A DNA stretch of 64,000 nucleotides from an uncultured delta proteobacterium (GTDB lineage Bacteria; Desulfobacterota; Desulfobacteria; Desulfobacterales; UBA2156), in NCBI GenBank assembly GCA_963736855.1, contig CAVTQK010000015.1:1-64000 (forward strand), given 5' to 3'. Shown here piece after piece: positions 18,675 to 28,872 of this stretch (positions within the stretch are counted from its first letter, which is position 1; each line of letters begins with the position of its first letter). The position numbers were made by a program, and so were the translations under genes. The notes below the pieces were generated by a model, which had not been told where the DNA came from, did not search any database, and worked only from the letters and a program-made list of their open reading frames with translations.

Positions 18675-18690
18675 GGGCACCAAAAGTGCT
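18675..18690 (+). promoter_or_regulatory. Possible sigma-54 (-24/-12) promoter
   Basis: GGGCACCAAAAGTGCT gives GG-N10-GC, ending about 37 nt before ATG 18727. Imperfect match. Confidence 0.3.
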
Positions 18691-18726
18691 GCCTGAAAAC
18701 CTTGAAACTCTAAAGGACGGAGGGGC

Positions 18727-18954
18727 ATGCAGTTATTCCAGAAGAAACAGCTTCATACCACCAAACGATGCCCGGAGTGCTTCTATGAGCTTCCCTTGAA
18801 TGCCAAGGAATGCATCTCCTGCCACTCGCGAGTGGGCTCCGTTGGACCGGACGGAAGGGCAAAACGGCCGGCTGACTGGGTTTCTTATGTGCTGTGCCTG
18901 GTGTCGTGGGCGGTCTTAATCCTTTATATTTGGTGGGCATTCTTCAGGTCCTGA
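18727..18954 (+). CDS. Small membrane protein with an N-terminal zinc ribbon
   Basis: CPEC...CISC followed by one hydrophobic helix; GGAGGGG RBS. Confidence 0.7.
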   Translation: MQLFQKKQLHTTKRCPECFYELPLNAKECISCHSRVGSVGPDGRAKRPADWVSYVLCLVSWAVLILYIWWAFFRS

Positions 18955-18992
18955 CGGATGCAAAACTCCTGCATTGAATAAAAAGCACCATC

Positions 18993-19556
18993 ATGGCTGA
19001 ACTGACGCCCGAAGAAAAGAAGGTCCTACTGGAACTGGCGCGTTCGACCATTGCCGCACGCTTGGTTCGGGGACAACCGGTCAAGCGGCCGGATCGGCCT
19101 TCAAAGACGTTTACCGAGAAGCGAGGATGTTTTGTTTCTTTGCATCACAAAGGAGATCTCAGAGGCTGCATCGGGACCATCGAGGCGATCCATCCGCTTC
19201 TCACCGTTGTTGAAGAAAATGCCGAAAACGCGGCGTTCGACGATCCCCGATTCCCTCCCTTGAAAAGGGGTGAACTGGAACAGGTGGATATAGAGATCAG
19301 CATCCTTACCGAACCCCGGGTGCTCTCGTTCACGGACGGTCAGGATTTGAAACGCCAGTTGATTCCGGGTAAACACGGGGTAATCCTTTCGAGGGGATGG
19401 CAAAGGGCCACGTTTTTGCCCCAGGTCTGGGATCAACTCCCGGACAAAGACATTTTCCTTGAGCATCTTTGCATAAAGGCGGGAATGGAACGGGATTGCT
19501 GGAAAGCCAAGGGGACGTCCGTCTCCGTTTATGAAGTAGAGCACTTCTCGGAGTGA
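18993..19556 (+). CDS. AMMECR1-domain protein (AmmeMemoRadiSam protein A)
   Basis: GCFVSL, LRGCIG, DPRFPP, TFLPQVW and LCIKAG motifs. Confidence 0.9.
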   Translation: MAELTPEEKKVLLELARSTIAARLVRGQPVKRPDRPSKTFTEKRGCFVSLHHKGDLRGCIGTIEAIHPLLTVVEENAENAAFDDPRFPPLKRGELEQVDIEISILTEPRVLSFTDGQDLKRQLIPGKHGVILSRGWQRATFLPQVWDQLPDKDIFLEHLCIKAGMERDCWKAKGTSVSVYEVEHFSE

Positions 19557-19595
19557 GCGGGAAGCCCATTTCCCAAAAAGCCCCCCATCCCGTTT

Positions 19596-19790
19596 TTACT
19601 TGGCCACCATGGCCCGCATCATATCTCCCGCGTTTTCAGCATGATCGGCGATGGAGCCGATGATCTCGGCGCAGATCTCGAATGATGTCTTTGACGATGG
19701 TGCGCTGCTTTTCTGAGAAGGATTCGAAATACTTCTTTGTCTCTAATACCATCAACGAAAGCACTTCGATAGACTTATGTCCGGATCAAT
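19596..19790 (-). pseudogene. DUF47/PhoU-like phosphate-transport regulator, 3' remnant
   Basis: Two out-of-frame blocks: IEVLSLMVLETKKYFESFSEKQRTIVKDIIR and AEIIGSIADHAENAGDMMRAMVAK* (DUF47-like C-terminus). Confidence 0.6.
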
Positions 19791-21777
19791 TGAAAAAGCG
19801 CCGGGCAGAGCCCGATCGCCCATATTCTCCCGCAGATGAGCGCGTCCACGCCGCTTGTTTTTTCAAGGTTCTCTTCGGAATCCCCTGGAGAAATTGAGAG
19901 GGACGGTTCAGGATCATGCCGGTGCTTCTGTCGAATACATCTTCCGGATAAATAAAAAATAGTTTTTCTTTGGCTCGGGTAGCTCCTACATACATGAGTC
20001 GAAGCTCCTCTTCGAGAACACGGGGCTGTAAAGCGGATTGGAAGGAAGGAAAACGCCCTTGAAGTGCGTAAATGATAAAAACAGTATGCCATTCAAGACC
20101 TTTTGCCGAGTGGATCGTCGAAAGGGTAAGGCGTTCGCTCCCGGCTTCAGGAAGATAAAATTCGGTGCCTACGCTGGTGTTGGGGGGTTCCAGAGCCATG
20201 TCGGATAAAAATGCTTCGAGGGATGGGTATCGGCTCATGATCGCCAAAACCTGTTCCAACTCTTTGGCTCGCTTGCCGTGGTCCTCATAGTTATCTCTCA
20301 AAAAGGGCAGGTAGTACCGCATTACTCCCTCGCCCTTCTGCGCTATTGTGAAATTTTCATCAAGTGCGTGTTTGAACAGCTCCTGGAGGTTGCGGATCTC
20401 TTCAAGATGAACCCCGGATCCCTTAACGGCGAAGAAACCGACGAGGCCGGCGTCCCGGGTGGTGATGGCATCGAAGACCTTCTCGGCGGCTTTAGGCCCT
20501 ATGCCCTTGAGCAACATGAGGATTCGAAGCCAACTGAGCTTATCATAAGGATGAACAATAACCTTTAAATGCGCCAGGAAATCTTTGATGTGCGCCGATT
20601 CGGCGAATTGGAATCCACCGACTTTGACAAAAGGAATACTGCTTCGCTTCAGCTCGATTTCCAGATCGAAGGAGTGAAAGCTGGATCGGAAGAGTACTGC
20701 TGTCTGATTGAGAGGAGTGCCGTTTCGCTGCAGCTCCAGGATCTTTTCAACTACGAATCGTGACTGGGTGTTTTCATCTTCGGCCCGGACCAGGCATGGT
20801 GTCACTCCCTCGGTTTTTTGAGTAAAAAGCCGCTTCGGATAGCTTTCTTCGGCCTTTTCCAAAATGGCATTAGCGACATTTAAAATGGGCTGGACGCTCC
20901 GGTAATTTTCTTCAAGGCGAATGATTTGCGTGTTTTCGAACCGGTGCGGGAACTCCATGATGTTTTGGAAGTTGGCTCCCCGGAAAGCGTAAATGCTCTG
21001 GGAGTCGTCTCCGACCGCCACGATGTTCTGATGCGTTTCGGCCAGGAGGTACAACATTTGGGCCTGAATGCGGTTGGTATCCTGGTACTCGTCCACCATG
21101 ATGTATTGATAGGTGGACGAGATGCGGCTGCGAATATCCGCATGTTCCGTCAGCAACATCTTGGCGTAGAGCAAAAGATCGTCGTAATCGAGAAAATGGT
21201 GATGGGTTTTGCGGCGGTCATATTCTATGAAAATGGATCGTATAATTTCCGTGAATACCGTCAGATGTTGGAAATGATCCGCAATGGTTTCTTCGATGGA
21301 GAGTTCTTTGTTGATGCTCATACTGAAGGTTTGAGCCAGGGTCTGGGACTTCGGAAATGAACGGGTTTGCTTGGTGACTCCCAATTCCTTTTTCACCATG
21401 GAAATCAGATGATGCGCATCGGCGCGATCCAGAATGGAAAAATCCGGATCGATTTTCAGGTGCTTGCCGTATCTTTTAAGGAGCAAGTTTGAGAAGGCAT
21501 GGAATGTTCCCCCCGAAATTTGCCCGCACCGGTCATCTAAAAGCTCGGACGCCCGGTGCAACATTTCGGATGCCGCTTTTCTCGTAAAAGTCAGTAGAAG
21601 GATGGACCGGGGAGAAATTTGATCTTCCACCAATCGGGCGACGCGATAGGTCAGGGTTCGTGTCTTGCCGCTCCCGGCGCCGGCGATAACCAAAAGCGGT
21701 CCATTCTTGTGTTCCACCGCCTTTCTTTGTTGCTCATTAAGCGCTGTGAGGTAGTTGATTCGAACAGTATGGATCAT
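19786..21777 (-). CDS. UvrD/PcrA-like superfamily 1 ATP-dependent helicase
   Basis: AGAGSGKT, TFTRKAA, VDEYQD, VGDDSQSIYAFRGA, NYRS, STIHSAKGLEW, EELRLMYVGATRA. Start uncertain. Confidence 0.92.
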   Translation of the reverse strand: MIHTVRINYLTALNEQQRKAVEHKNGPLLVIAGAGSGKTRTLTYRVARLVEDQISPRSILLLTFTRKAASEMLHRASELLDDRCGQISGGTFHAFSNLLLKRYGKHLKIDPDFSILDRADAHHLISMVKKELGVTKQTRSFPKSQTLAQTFSMSINKELSIEETIADHFQHLTVFTEIIRSIFIEYDRRKTHHHFLDYDDLLLYAKMLLTEHADIRSRISSTYQYIMVDEYQDTNRIQAQMLYLLAETHQNIVAVGDDSQSIYAFRGANFQNIMEFPHRFENTQIIRLEENYRSVQPILNVANAILEKAEESYPKRLFTQKTEGVTPCLVRAEDENTQSRFVVEKILELQRNGTPLNQTAVLFRSSFHSFDLEIELKRSSIPFVKVGGFQFAESAHIKDFLAHLKVIVHPYDKLSWLRILMLLKGIGPKAAEKVFDAITTRDAGLVGFFAVKGSGVHLEEIRNLQELFKHALDENFTIAQKGEGVMRYYLPFLRDNYEDHGKRAKELEQVLAIMSRYPSLEAFLSDMALEPPNTSVGTEFYLPEAGSERLTLSTIHSAKGLEWHTVFIIYALQGRFPSFQSALQPRVLEEELRLMYVGATRAKEKLFFIYPEDVFDRSTGMILNRPSQFLQGIPKRTLKKQAAWTRSSAGEYGRSGSARRFFN

Positions 21778-21999
21778 TTGGAATCGACCTAGAAGAGAAA
21801 TGTTAATCCTTAAATGGATGAAGGATATTTCAGATAAATCCTGTTTATCGGCAGGATTCTTTCCACATCCTTTTCCGAATGTCAACAGACATTGAAAGGA
21901 GAAAAGGAGAAAAGGAAAAATGAATTGACTTTCTGAAAAAAATAGTCTAATGCTTTTTTCATATGCTGAAAGGCAGAATCGAAAAGGAGGAAAAAATCA

Positions 22000-22353
22000 A
22001 TGACAAGAAGCGAAAAACAACTCAAAGCTGTTTCAAAACAACTTAGATCCCTGGTGCAAAAAGTCGAGAAGCTTGCAGGTTTGACAGCAATGGAAAAACC
22101 GGTGAAAGTCATTCCGAGGACCAGAAGGAAAAAAATTGTCAAAAAATCCGTACCGGGAAAAGCAGCAGCAGCAAAATCCACTATTCTTGACAGAGTATAC
22201 CACGCGGTCAAGGCCTCAAAAAAGGGTATTAATATTTCCAATATTAAAAAGAGAGTCGGTCTTGGAACTCGTCAGCTCAGCAATGCACTCCATAAGCTGA
22301 CCAAGAAGGGTTTGATCAAAGCCGAATCGAGGGGTATCTACATCAAAGCCTGA
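22000..22353 (+). CDS. Small basic protein with N-terminal coiled coil and C-terminal winged helix (putative DNA-binding)
   Basis: AGGAGG RBS; heptad-like N-terminus; K/R/A-rich linker; C-terminal QLSNALHKLTKKGLIKAESRGIY. Confidence 0.7.
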   Translation: MTRSEKQLKAVSKQLRSLVQKVEKLAGLTAMEKPVKVIPRTRRKKIVKKSVPGKAAAAKSTILDRVYHAVKASKKGINISNIKKRVGLGTRQLSNALHKLTKKGLIKAESRGIYIKA

Positions 22354-22638
22354 AGATCATCCGTTTATTCAAAGTCTTAAAGCCTTCAACCTGAAGCGCA
22401 GACGAATCCAAAAAAGCAGATAGCAAATCCTTTCGGTTGAAGATCCCTGCGTTAAACCGCTGAGATCTTCAAATTATGCCCTTGGATTCCAGGAAAGGCT
22501 TTTTTTCTTCCCGCTATTGCGACTCGCAAATTCCCGCTATATATTATTAAAATTATTGCAACCTTCATTAGGGATATTCAGGAGTCAAGGCAAAGAATAA
22601 GGTGATTTAAAATAATCACCTGAAAGGAAAGAGGATTC

Positions 22639-25575
22639 ATGCAACCGGGGCGCTCAATAAAAATTCGAAGACTCCTTGAATCGGTTTTTTTTGCTTTCCT
22701 TTTACAGATCCCTTTCATTCTCTCGGGTGATGGTTTCCAAAAAACAAACCGGTTACCGGAAGCATACGGCTCGAGGGCCCTTTCAGCAACTGCGGATGCT
22801 GAAGCCCCTACTTCCAATTTGTGGCCCCATGAGACCAGCGATCTGGCACCGGACCCAGCTCTGCATTTCGGCAGCCTTCCAAATGGATTTCGCTACGTGC
22901 TAATGAAAAATCAGGAGCCGAAGGGGCGGGTGAGCATGCATCTCAATGTCCAAGCCGGTTCGGCCCAGGAAGAGGATGAAGAACAGGGACTGGCGCATTT
23001 TCTGGAGCATATGCTTTTCGATGGAAGCACCCATTACGAACCGGGTGGACTGGTTAAGTACTTCCAGAAAATCGGCATGCAGTTCGGCCCGGACGCCAAT
23101 GCCCATACGAGTTATTTTGAAACCATATACGACATTATTTTGCCTAAAGGCGATCCTAAAAGCATCGATGAAGCCCTGGTGGTCTTTAAAGACTTTACAG
23201 AAGGTGCTCTCTTGCTGGATTCCGAGATCGAAAGGGAACGCTGGGTTGTGCTGGCGGAAAAGCGGGAACGGGATTCTGCATCCTATCGTACCTATGTCCG
23301 AACATCGCAATTCGAGTTTCCGGATTCGGTTCTATCCAAGCGATTTCCCATTGGAAAGGAAGATGTGATTCTGAAATCGGACCGCAGCCGGATTAAAAGA
23401 TTTTATGACCGATGGTACCAGCCGGAGAAGATGATCCTGGTGATGGTGGGTGACTTCGATAACCAGGCCGCGGGTTCCATGATCGCAAAACATTTCGCGG
23501 ATGTTGTCCCTCGAAGTGGGAAGCCGGAAGAGCCCGGCATCGGTGAGATCCGCCATACAGGCGTCAAACCCTTTTATCATTTTGAAAAAGAAGCCGGGAA
23601 CACGGAGGTGGCCATCGAAGTAATAAAGAAAGTTCCGAAGCGTCCTGATACGAAAGCTTCGAGATTGGCCATGTGGAAAAAAGAGGTGGCGCATCGGATC
23701 GTCCAGGATCGCATCGATGCTATCCTGGCGGCCCCCGGCCCTTTCTTTTCTCTGGCAGATATCAGCGGAGGACTTTTTTTGAAGGAGATTGAATATGCCC
23801 AGATCAGGGCCGAATGCCACCCGGATCAGTGGGAAAAGGCCCTTGCGGTTCTTGAACAAACCCTCAGACGGGCTTTGAATTTCGGTTTCACCGAGTCAGA
23901 ACTGAATCGTGTTAAAAAGGAGATTGTCGCCGGTATGGATAGCGCCGTCAAAGGATCCGCCACGCGCAATAGCCGGAATCTGGCCCGAAAGCTGATTGCA
24001 AGCCTCAACGACGATGAGGTTTTCCTTTCCCCCGAGCAGGGAAAGGTGATATTCGGCGATGCCATTGCCGCGCTCACTCCTGAAGAAGTCCATGATGCTT
24101 TCAAGGCAGCCTGGGAGGTGGATCATCGCCTTATCCTGGTCACCGGAAATGCAAACCTATCCGGAGAAACGGGCGGACCTGAGGCGCGGATTCGAACCGT
24201 TTATGAAGAAAGCCGGAAGATTTCTGTTGAAAAGCCGGTGTCAACGGAAGCGATACGGTTCCCTTATCTACCGGAACCGGATCAGACCGGAAAGATCTTA
24301 AGACGGACTGAAATTTCGGATCTGGGAATCGTCCAGGTGGATTTTGAAAACGGAGTCCGGCTAAATCTGAAAAAAACCGATTTTGTAGATAATGAGGTAC
24401 AGGCCAGTCTCGTGTTCGGACCGGGAAAATCCGATGAACCGGCCGATCGACCCGGAATCGGCTTGCTGGCCGAAGCGATCATCAATGAAAGCGGCGTGGG
24501 AGGTCTCAACAGACATGAACTGGAACAGGCCTTGTCCGGCAGCAATACGCGTGTGACCTTTCGCGTAGCCGATGGTCATTTCACCTTGAATGGAACCAGT
24601 GTCACCGGTGAGGTTCAACTTTTGTTTCAGCTGATGGCCACTCATCTGAAGGATCCGGCCTATCGTGAAGAGGCCTATCGATTGACCTTGGAGCGGTTTC
24701 GCCAGCTTTATGTGGAGATGGGCCATTCAGTGGAAGACACCATGAGGTTTTTTGGCTCAAGATTTCTTGCAGGAGATGATGGGCGTTTCGGATACCCCGT
24801 CTGGGAGCAGTTTTCACGAATCCGGTTGGAGGAAGTTCAAAATTGGATTTCCGTCTTTTTTAAACAGGCCGAACTCGAATTGTCCGTTGTCGGCGATATC
24901 GACCTCGATACGGTCATTTCTCTGGCCTCCCGGTATTTTGGCAGTTTGACCCCGAGATCCGGAATCATGCAGGTACGACCGGTGGCCGGAATCCGGTTTC
25001 CAGCCGGAGAAACGAGAATTTTTGAGGTTGATTCCCGGATTCCCAAAGCTTTTGTGGTCGTCGCTTATCCCACGGAAGACATCTGGGAGATCGGGAGAAG
25101 CCGACGCCTGAATATTTTGGGAGAGGTACTTTCCGAAAGGATTAGGGAAGCGATTCGGGAAAAGCTGGGGGCGGCCTATTCTCCGGTGGCCTATAATCAT
25201 TCAAGCCGAACGTATGACGGCTACGGAATTCTTCTGACCATGGCTTATGCGGATCCGGCTGCCATCAATCCCTTGATTTTGGAAATTCAATCCACAATTA
25301 CCGGTCTTGCACAAGGGACCATCACCGCTGAGGAATTTCAGCGGGCAAAGGACCCGATCAAGACCGGAATCAAAGACATGATGCGTAAAAATACTTACTG
25401 GCTCGATACGGTCCTGACAGACTCCCGTGTTCACTCCGTACAGTTGGAATGGAGCCGGACGATTCTTTCCGATTATGATTCCATTACCCCCGGGGAAGTC
25501 TCCGGCCTGGCCGGAACATACCTGAAAAAGGACCAAGCCGCCGTTATGGTCTTCAAACCCAAAACAGCCCCATGA
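22639..25575 (+). CDS. M16 (insulinase/PqqL-like) zinc metallopeptidase, probably exported
   Basis: LPNGFRY, GLAHFLEHMLF (HxxEH), NAHTS; second-half FENGVRL. Confidence 0.9.
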   Translation: MQPGRSIKIRRLLESVFFAFLLQIPFILSGDGFQKTNRLPEAYGSRALSATADAEAPTSNLWPHETSDLAPDPALHFGSLPNGFRYVLMKNQEPKGRVSMHLNVQAGSAQEEDEEQGLAHFLEHMLFDGSTHYEPGGLVKYFQKIGMQFGPDANAHTSYFETIYDIILPKGDPKSIDEALVVFKDFTEGALLLDSEIERERWVVLAEKRERDSASYRTYVRTSQFEFPDSVLSKRFPIGKEDVILKSDRSRIKRFYDRWYQPEKMILVMVGDFDNQAAGSMIAKHFADVVPRSGKPEEPGIGEIRHTGVKPFYHFEKEAGNTEVAIEVIKKVPKRPDTKASRLAMWKKEVAHRIVQDRIDAILAAPGPFFSLADISGGLFLKEIEYAQIRAECHPDQWEKALAVLEQTLRRALNFGFTESELNRVKKEIVAGMDSAVKGSATRNSRNLARKLIASLNDDEVFLSPEQGKVIFGDAIAALTPEEVHDAFKAAWEVDHRLILVTGNANLSGETGGPEARIRTVYEESRKISVEKPVSTEAIRFPYLPEPDQTGKILRRTEISDLGIVQVDFENGVRLNLKKTDFVDNEVQASLVFGPGKSDEPADRPGIGLLAEAIINESGVGGLNRHELEQALSGSNTRVTFRVADGHFTLNGTSVTGEVQLLFQLMATHLKDPAYREEAYRLTLERFRQLYVEMGHSVEDTMRFFGSRFLAGDDGRFGYPVWEQFSRIRLEEVQNWISVFFKQAELELSVVGDIDLDTVISLASRYFGSLTPRSGIMQVRPVAGIRFPAGETRIFEVDSRIPKAFVVVAYPTEDIWEIGRSRRLNILGEVLSERIREAIREKLGAAYSPVAYNHSSRTYDGYGILLTMAYADPAAINPLILEIQSTITGLAQGTITAEEFQRAKDPIKTGIKDMMRKNTYWLDTVLTDSRVHSVQLEWSRTILSDYDSITPGEVSGLAGTYLKKDQAAVMVFKPKTAP

Positions 25576-25667
25576 TTCATTTTAGAGTTAATAAGTCGGA
25601 TTTATCTCCTTGATTTGGACCATGTCTTTTTGTATAAATTTCCAATTTTAATGCTGTGGAATTACCC

Positions 25668-27029
25668 ATGAAACCGAGCGACCCGAACTCACCGATTGCG
25701 AGAATCTGGGATTTCTTTTCGTCTGTTCGACTGACGGTGGTCCTCCTGCTTACCCTGGCCGCCACCTCCATCATCGGTACGCTGATCCCGCAAAATGCGA
25801 GCCCCGCCGACTACTTCCAGACCTATGGCCCTTTTCTTTTCAGGCTGTTCAGCATTCTGGACATCTTCGACATGTATCATTCCTGGTGGTTCCAGTCTTT
25901 GCTTTTGTTGTTGACCTTCAACATACTGGTTTGCTCCTTAAATCGGCTGTCGGGGACCTGGAAAATTGTTTCTCAGAAAAATCCATCGTTTGACATCGAC
26001 CGGTTCCGAAAGATTCAGGATCACAAGGTATTCGCCGATTCCAGATCCGTGGAAGCAATCAAAACGCTTTACGTTTCGAAGGTCAAACGCCGGTTCGGCT
26101 ACGTCCGGATGGAGGAAATGGGAAAAGGGTTTTGCATTTTCGCCGAAAAGGGGCGATGGACCCGGCTTGGGGTATACACGGTTCATTTTAGCGTGATTCT
26201 GCTTTTAATCGGCGCACTGATCGGCTCTTTTTTTGGGTTTGAAGGATTTGTCACAATTCCGGAAGGAGAGGCGGAAAGCCATATACACCTGCGCAAGACC
26301 GGAGGCGTCCTTCCTTTGGATTTTGCGATACGCTGCGATACCTTTCATGTGAGTTTTTACGAGTCCGGAGCTCCTAAGGAGTTTCGGTCCGACCTGTCCA
26401 TCCTGGAAGGCGAAAAAGCGGTCTTAAAAAGGAGCATCCGCGTCAATGATCCTCTCAATTACAAAGGAATCAGCATTTTCCAGTCGAATTACGGTAAACT
26501 TCCGCCGAATACCATAACATTGAACTTGGTCAGCGAAGAAACGAAAATGGAGTATCACAAGGAAGTATCCGCCGGTCAGAAAATCGATCTTCCGGAGGGT
26601 GCCGGGACATTTGTGTTCAAGGATTTCAGAAACCGATACCCGTTCAGGGGCCAAGATTTGGGGGAGACGGTGATCGGAACTTTGATTGCGCCCAATGGAA
26701 ATGCGGAGGAGATTGTTTTGCCGCTAAAATTTCCAGGTTTCGACCGGATGCGAAAAAGGGCCCTTGTTTTTTCAGTGGAACAGGTCAATCCCCGGTATTA
26801 TACCGGCCTCCAGGTCTCCAAGGATCCCGGCGTATGGGTGGTTTATTCAGGCTTTATGATTATGATTTTAGGGTGTTATATTACTTTTTTTATGTCTCAC
26901 AGGCGCTTGTGCATCGAGGTGACGCCGAAAGGAAAGTCGAACCAGGTACAGGTGACAGGAACGGCCAATAAAAATAAGTTGTCCATGGAGATCGTGGTCA
27001 GTAAAATGGCCCAAGATTTAGCAGCGTGA
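25668..27029 (+). CDS. resB: Cytochrome c biogenesis protein ResB/Ccs1 (system II)
   Basis: IIGTLIPQ, DMYHSWWF, VNDPL, YTGLQVSKDPG. Confidence 0.9.
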   Translation: MKPSDPNSPIARIWDFFSSVRLTVVLLLTLAATSIIGTLIPQNASPADYFQTYGPFLFRLFSILDIFDMYHSWWFQSLLLLLTFNILVCSLNRLSGTWKIVSQKNPSFDIDRFRKIQDHKVFADSRSVEAIKTLYVSKVKRRFGYVRMEEMGKGFCIFAEKGRWTRLGVYTVHFSVILLLIGALIGSFFGFEGFVTIPEGEAESHIHLRKTGGVLPLDFAIRCDTFHVSFYESGAPKEFRSDLSILEGEKAVLKRSIRVNDPLNYKGISIFQSNYGKLPPNTITLNLVSEETKMEYHKEVSAGQKIDLPEGAGTFVFKDFRNRYPFRGQDLGETVIGTLIAPNGNAEEIVLPLKFPGFDRMRKRALVFSVEQVNPRYYTGLQVSKDPGVWVVYSGFMIMILGCYITFFMSHRRLCIEVTPKGKSNQVQVTGTANKNKLSMEIVVSKMAQDLAA

Positions 27030-27060
27030 TCGATTCGGAACAGGTAAAAGGGAAGACCCG

Positions 27061-27897
27061 ATGACCAGCTCATTGATACTGTCCATTATCACATTTATAT
27101 ATGGTTTTTCAGCGGCGCTTTATGTCGCTGCATGGATCTTTAAAAAGGCATCCATCGGAAAAGCCGCCACCTGGATCACTTTAGCGGCGGTTGTAGGACA
27201 TGCGGCCGGGATCCTATTGCGATGGGTGGAGTCGTATCAGATGGGGATCGGACACGCGCCGCTATCGAATTTTTATGAATCCATAGTCTTTTTTTCATGG
27301 ACGCTGGCGGTTATCTACTTGGTGGTGGAACGGGCCTATCAAAATCGGGTGATCGGAGCCTTTATTGCACCGATCGCTTTTTTAGCCATGGCGTACGCCT
27401 CCCTTTCCCCGAACGTCAACGATCGGATTCAGCCGTTGGTTCCCGCGTTGAAAAGCAACTGGCTCATCGCCCATGTCATCAGTTGTTTTGTCGGTTATGC
27501 CGCTTTCGGGATCGCCTTCGGCATCAGCCTCATGTACCTGATCAAGCTCAGGGAAAAAGAACGGAACAGCCGCCTGCTCGCCCTTTTTCCGGAACAGCGG
27601 ATCCTGGAAGCGCTGAATCATCAAATGATTATGTTCGGTTTCCTGTTTTTATCCATCGGGATCATCACCGGGTCGGTCTGGGCCAATTCCGCCTGGGGAA
27701 GTTACTGGTCCTGGGATCCCAAGGAAACCTGGTCATTGATTACCTGGTTTATTTATGCAACCCTGCTGCACGCCAGAATGATGCGGGGATGGCATGGAAA
27801 ACGGCTGGCTTATATTTCCCTCATCGGATTCGGCGCCGTGCTTTTCACCTATTTCGGAGTTAACTTGCTGCCAGGTCTTCATAGTTACGCCCAGTAA
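27061..27897 (+). CDS. ccsA: Cytochrome c biogenesis protein CcsA/ResC (system II)
   Basis: PALKSNWLIAHV, WWD motif WGSYWSWDPKETW, C-terminal GLHSY. Confidence 0.92.
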   Translation: MTSSLILSIITFIYGFSAALYVAAWIFKKASIGKAATWITLAAVVGHAAGILLRWVESYQMGIGHAPLSNFYESIVFFSWTLAVIYLVVERAYQNRVIGAFIAPIAFLAMAYASLSPNVNDRIQPLVPALKSNWLIAHVISCFVGYAAFGIAFGISLMYLIKLREKERNSRLLALFPEQRILEALNHQMIMFGFLFLSIGIITGSVWANSAWGSYWSWDPKETWSLITWFIYATLLHARMMRGWHGKRLAYISLIGFGAVLFTYFGVNLLPGLHSYAQ

Positions 27898-28029
27898 TTT
27901 CCCCTGCGATTTTGCCTTGACAAGGCAGACCTTAGAGGTTAAAAGATTCCGACTTCGAGTTTTGCCGAAATCGATCGATGGCGGTTTCAACCCGATTTAG
28001 CATTTCAATCTTATGAGGACGGGGTGGGC

Positions 28030-28812
28030 ATGAGTACCAACGATGACAAGGCTAAGGAGAAGGCGGCGGCGGAAACGGAGAATCGACCGGGGCATTCAGA
28101 AGATGAAAAGGGGAAGGGATCGGGTGGATCCATTCTCCTTTTCTTTTTGGTCGGATTTGTCGCAAGCCTCCTGGTTGGCTGGGTTGTTTTTCCCAAGCTC
28201 CTATACTCCCAGAAAAAGCAACCCGTCAATTTCAATCACGCTTTTCACGTGGAGACCGTGGACGAGGGGTGTGCAAGCTGTCATTTCTTCCGGGAAGACG
28301 GGAGTTTTTCCGGCGTACCCAAATTGGCCCAATGTATCGGGTGCCATGAAGAAGCGCAAGGTGAGGATCCGGAAGAGATTAAGTTCGTCACACAATATGT
28401 GGAAAAGGGCAGGGAGGTGCCCTGGTTGGTCTACTCCCGTCAGCCCAACTGCGTTTTCTTCTCCCATGCCGCCCATATCGAGCTCGCCAAGATGGAATGT
28501 GTGACCTGCCATGGTACCATCGGTGAATCGACCCATTCGAAGATCTACGAAGAAAACCGGATCACCAGCGTCAGCCGGGACATTTGGGGTAGGAATATCG
28601 CCGGGATCAAGCGAAATTCCTGGGATCGGATGAAGATGGACGACTGTGCCGAATGTCACGCCGAAGCGGCCGCCAAGGAAGTATCCGAGTTGGAAGACCC
28701 CATGGAGGGATTTTTCAACAATGCTCTTAGAATTGCCTTCCCGAAATCATTATCCGGAAAAAAAACCAGTGTTCAAACGCAAAACGAGGCCTGTTTTGTA
28801 TGTCATAAATGA
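28030..28812 (+). CDS. qrcA: Quinone reductase complex multiheme cytochrome c subunit
   Basis: One TM helix and five CxxCH motifs (CASCH, CIGCH, CVTCH, CAECH, CFVCH); first gene of the qrc cluster. Confidence 0.85.
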   Translation: MSTNDDKAKEKAAAETENRPGHSEDEKGKGSGGSILLFFLVGFVASLLVGWVVFPKLLYSQKKQPVNFNHAFHVETVDEGCASCHFFREDGSFSGVPKLAQCIGCHEEAQGEDPEEIKFVTQYVEKGREVPWLVYSRQPNCVFFSHAAHIELAKMECVTCHGTIGESTHSKIYEENRITSVSRDIWGRNIAGIKRNSWDRMKMDDCAECHAEAAAKEVSELEDPMEGFFNNALRIAFPKSLSGKKTSVQTQNEACFVCHK

Positions 28813-28872
28813 CGGAAACGGGGCAAGACCTTTAAGGCGGATCTCAACGGACGGTTTGAAGAGGTAGCACCG

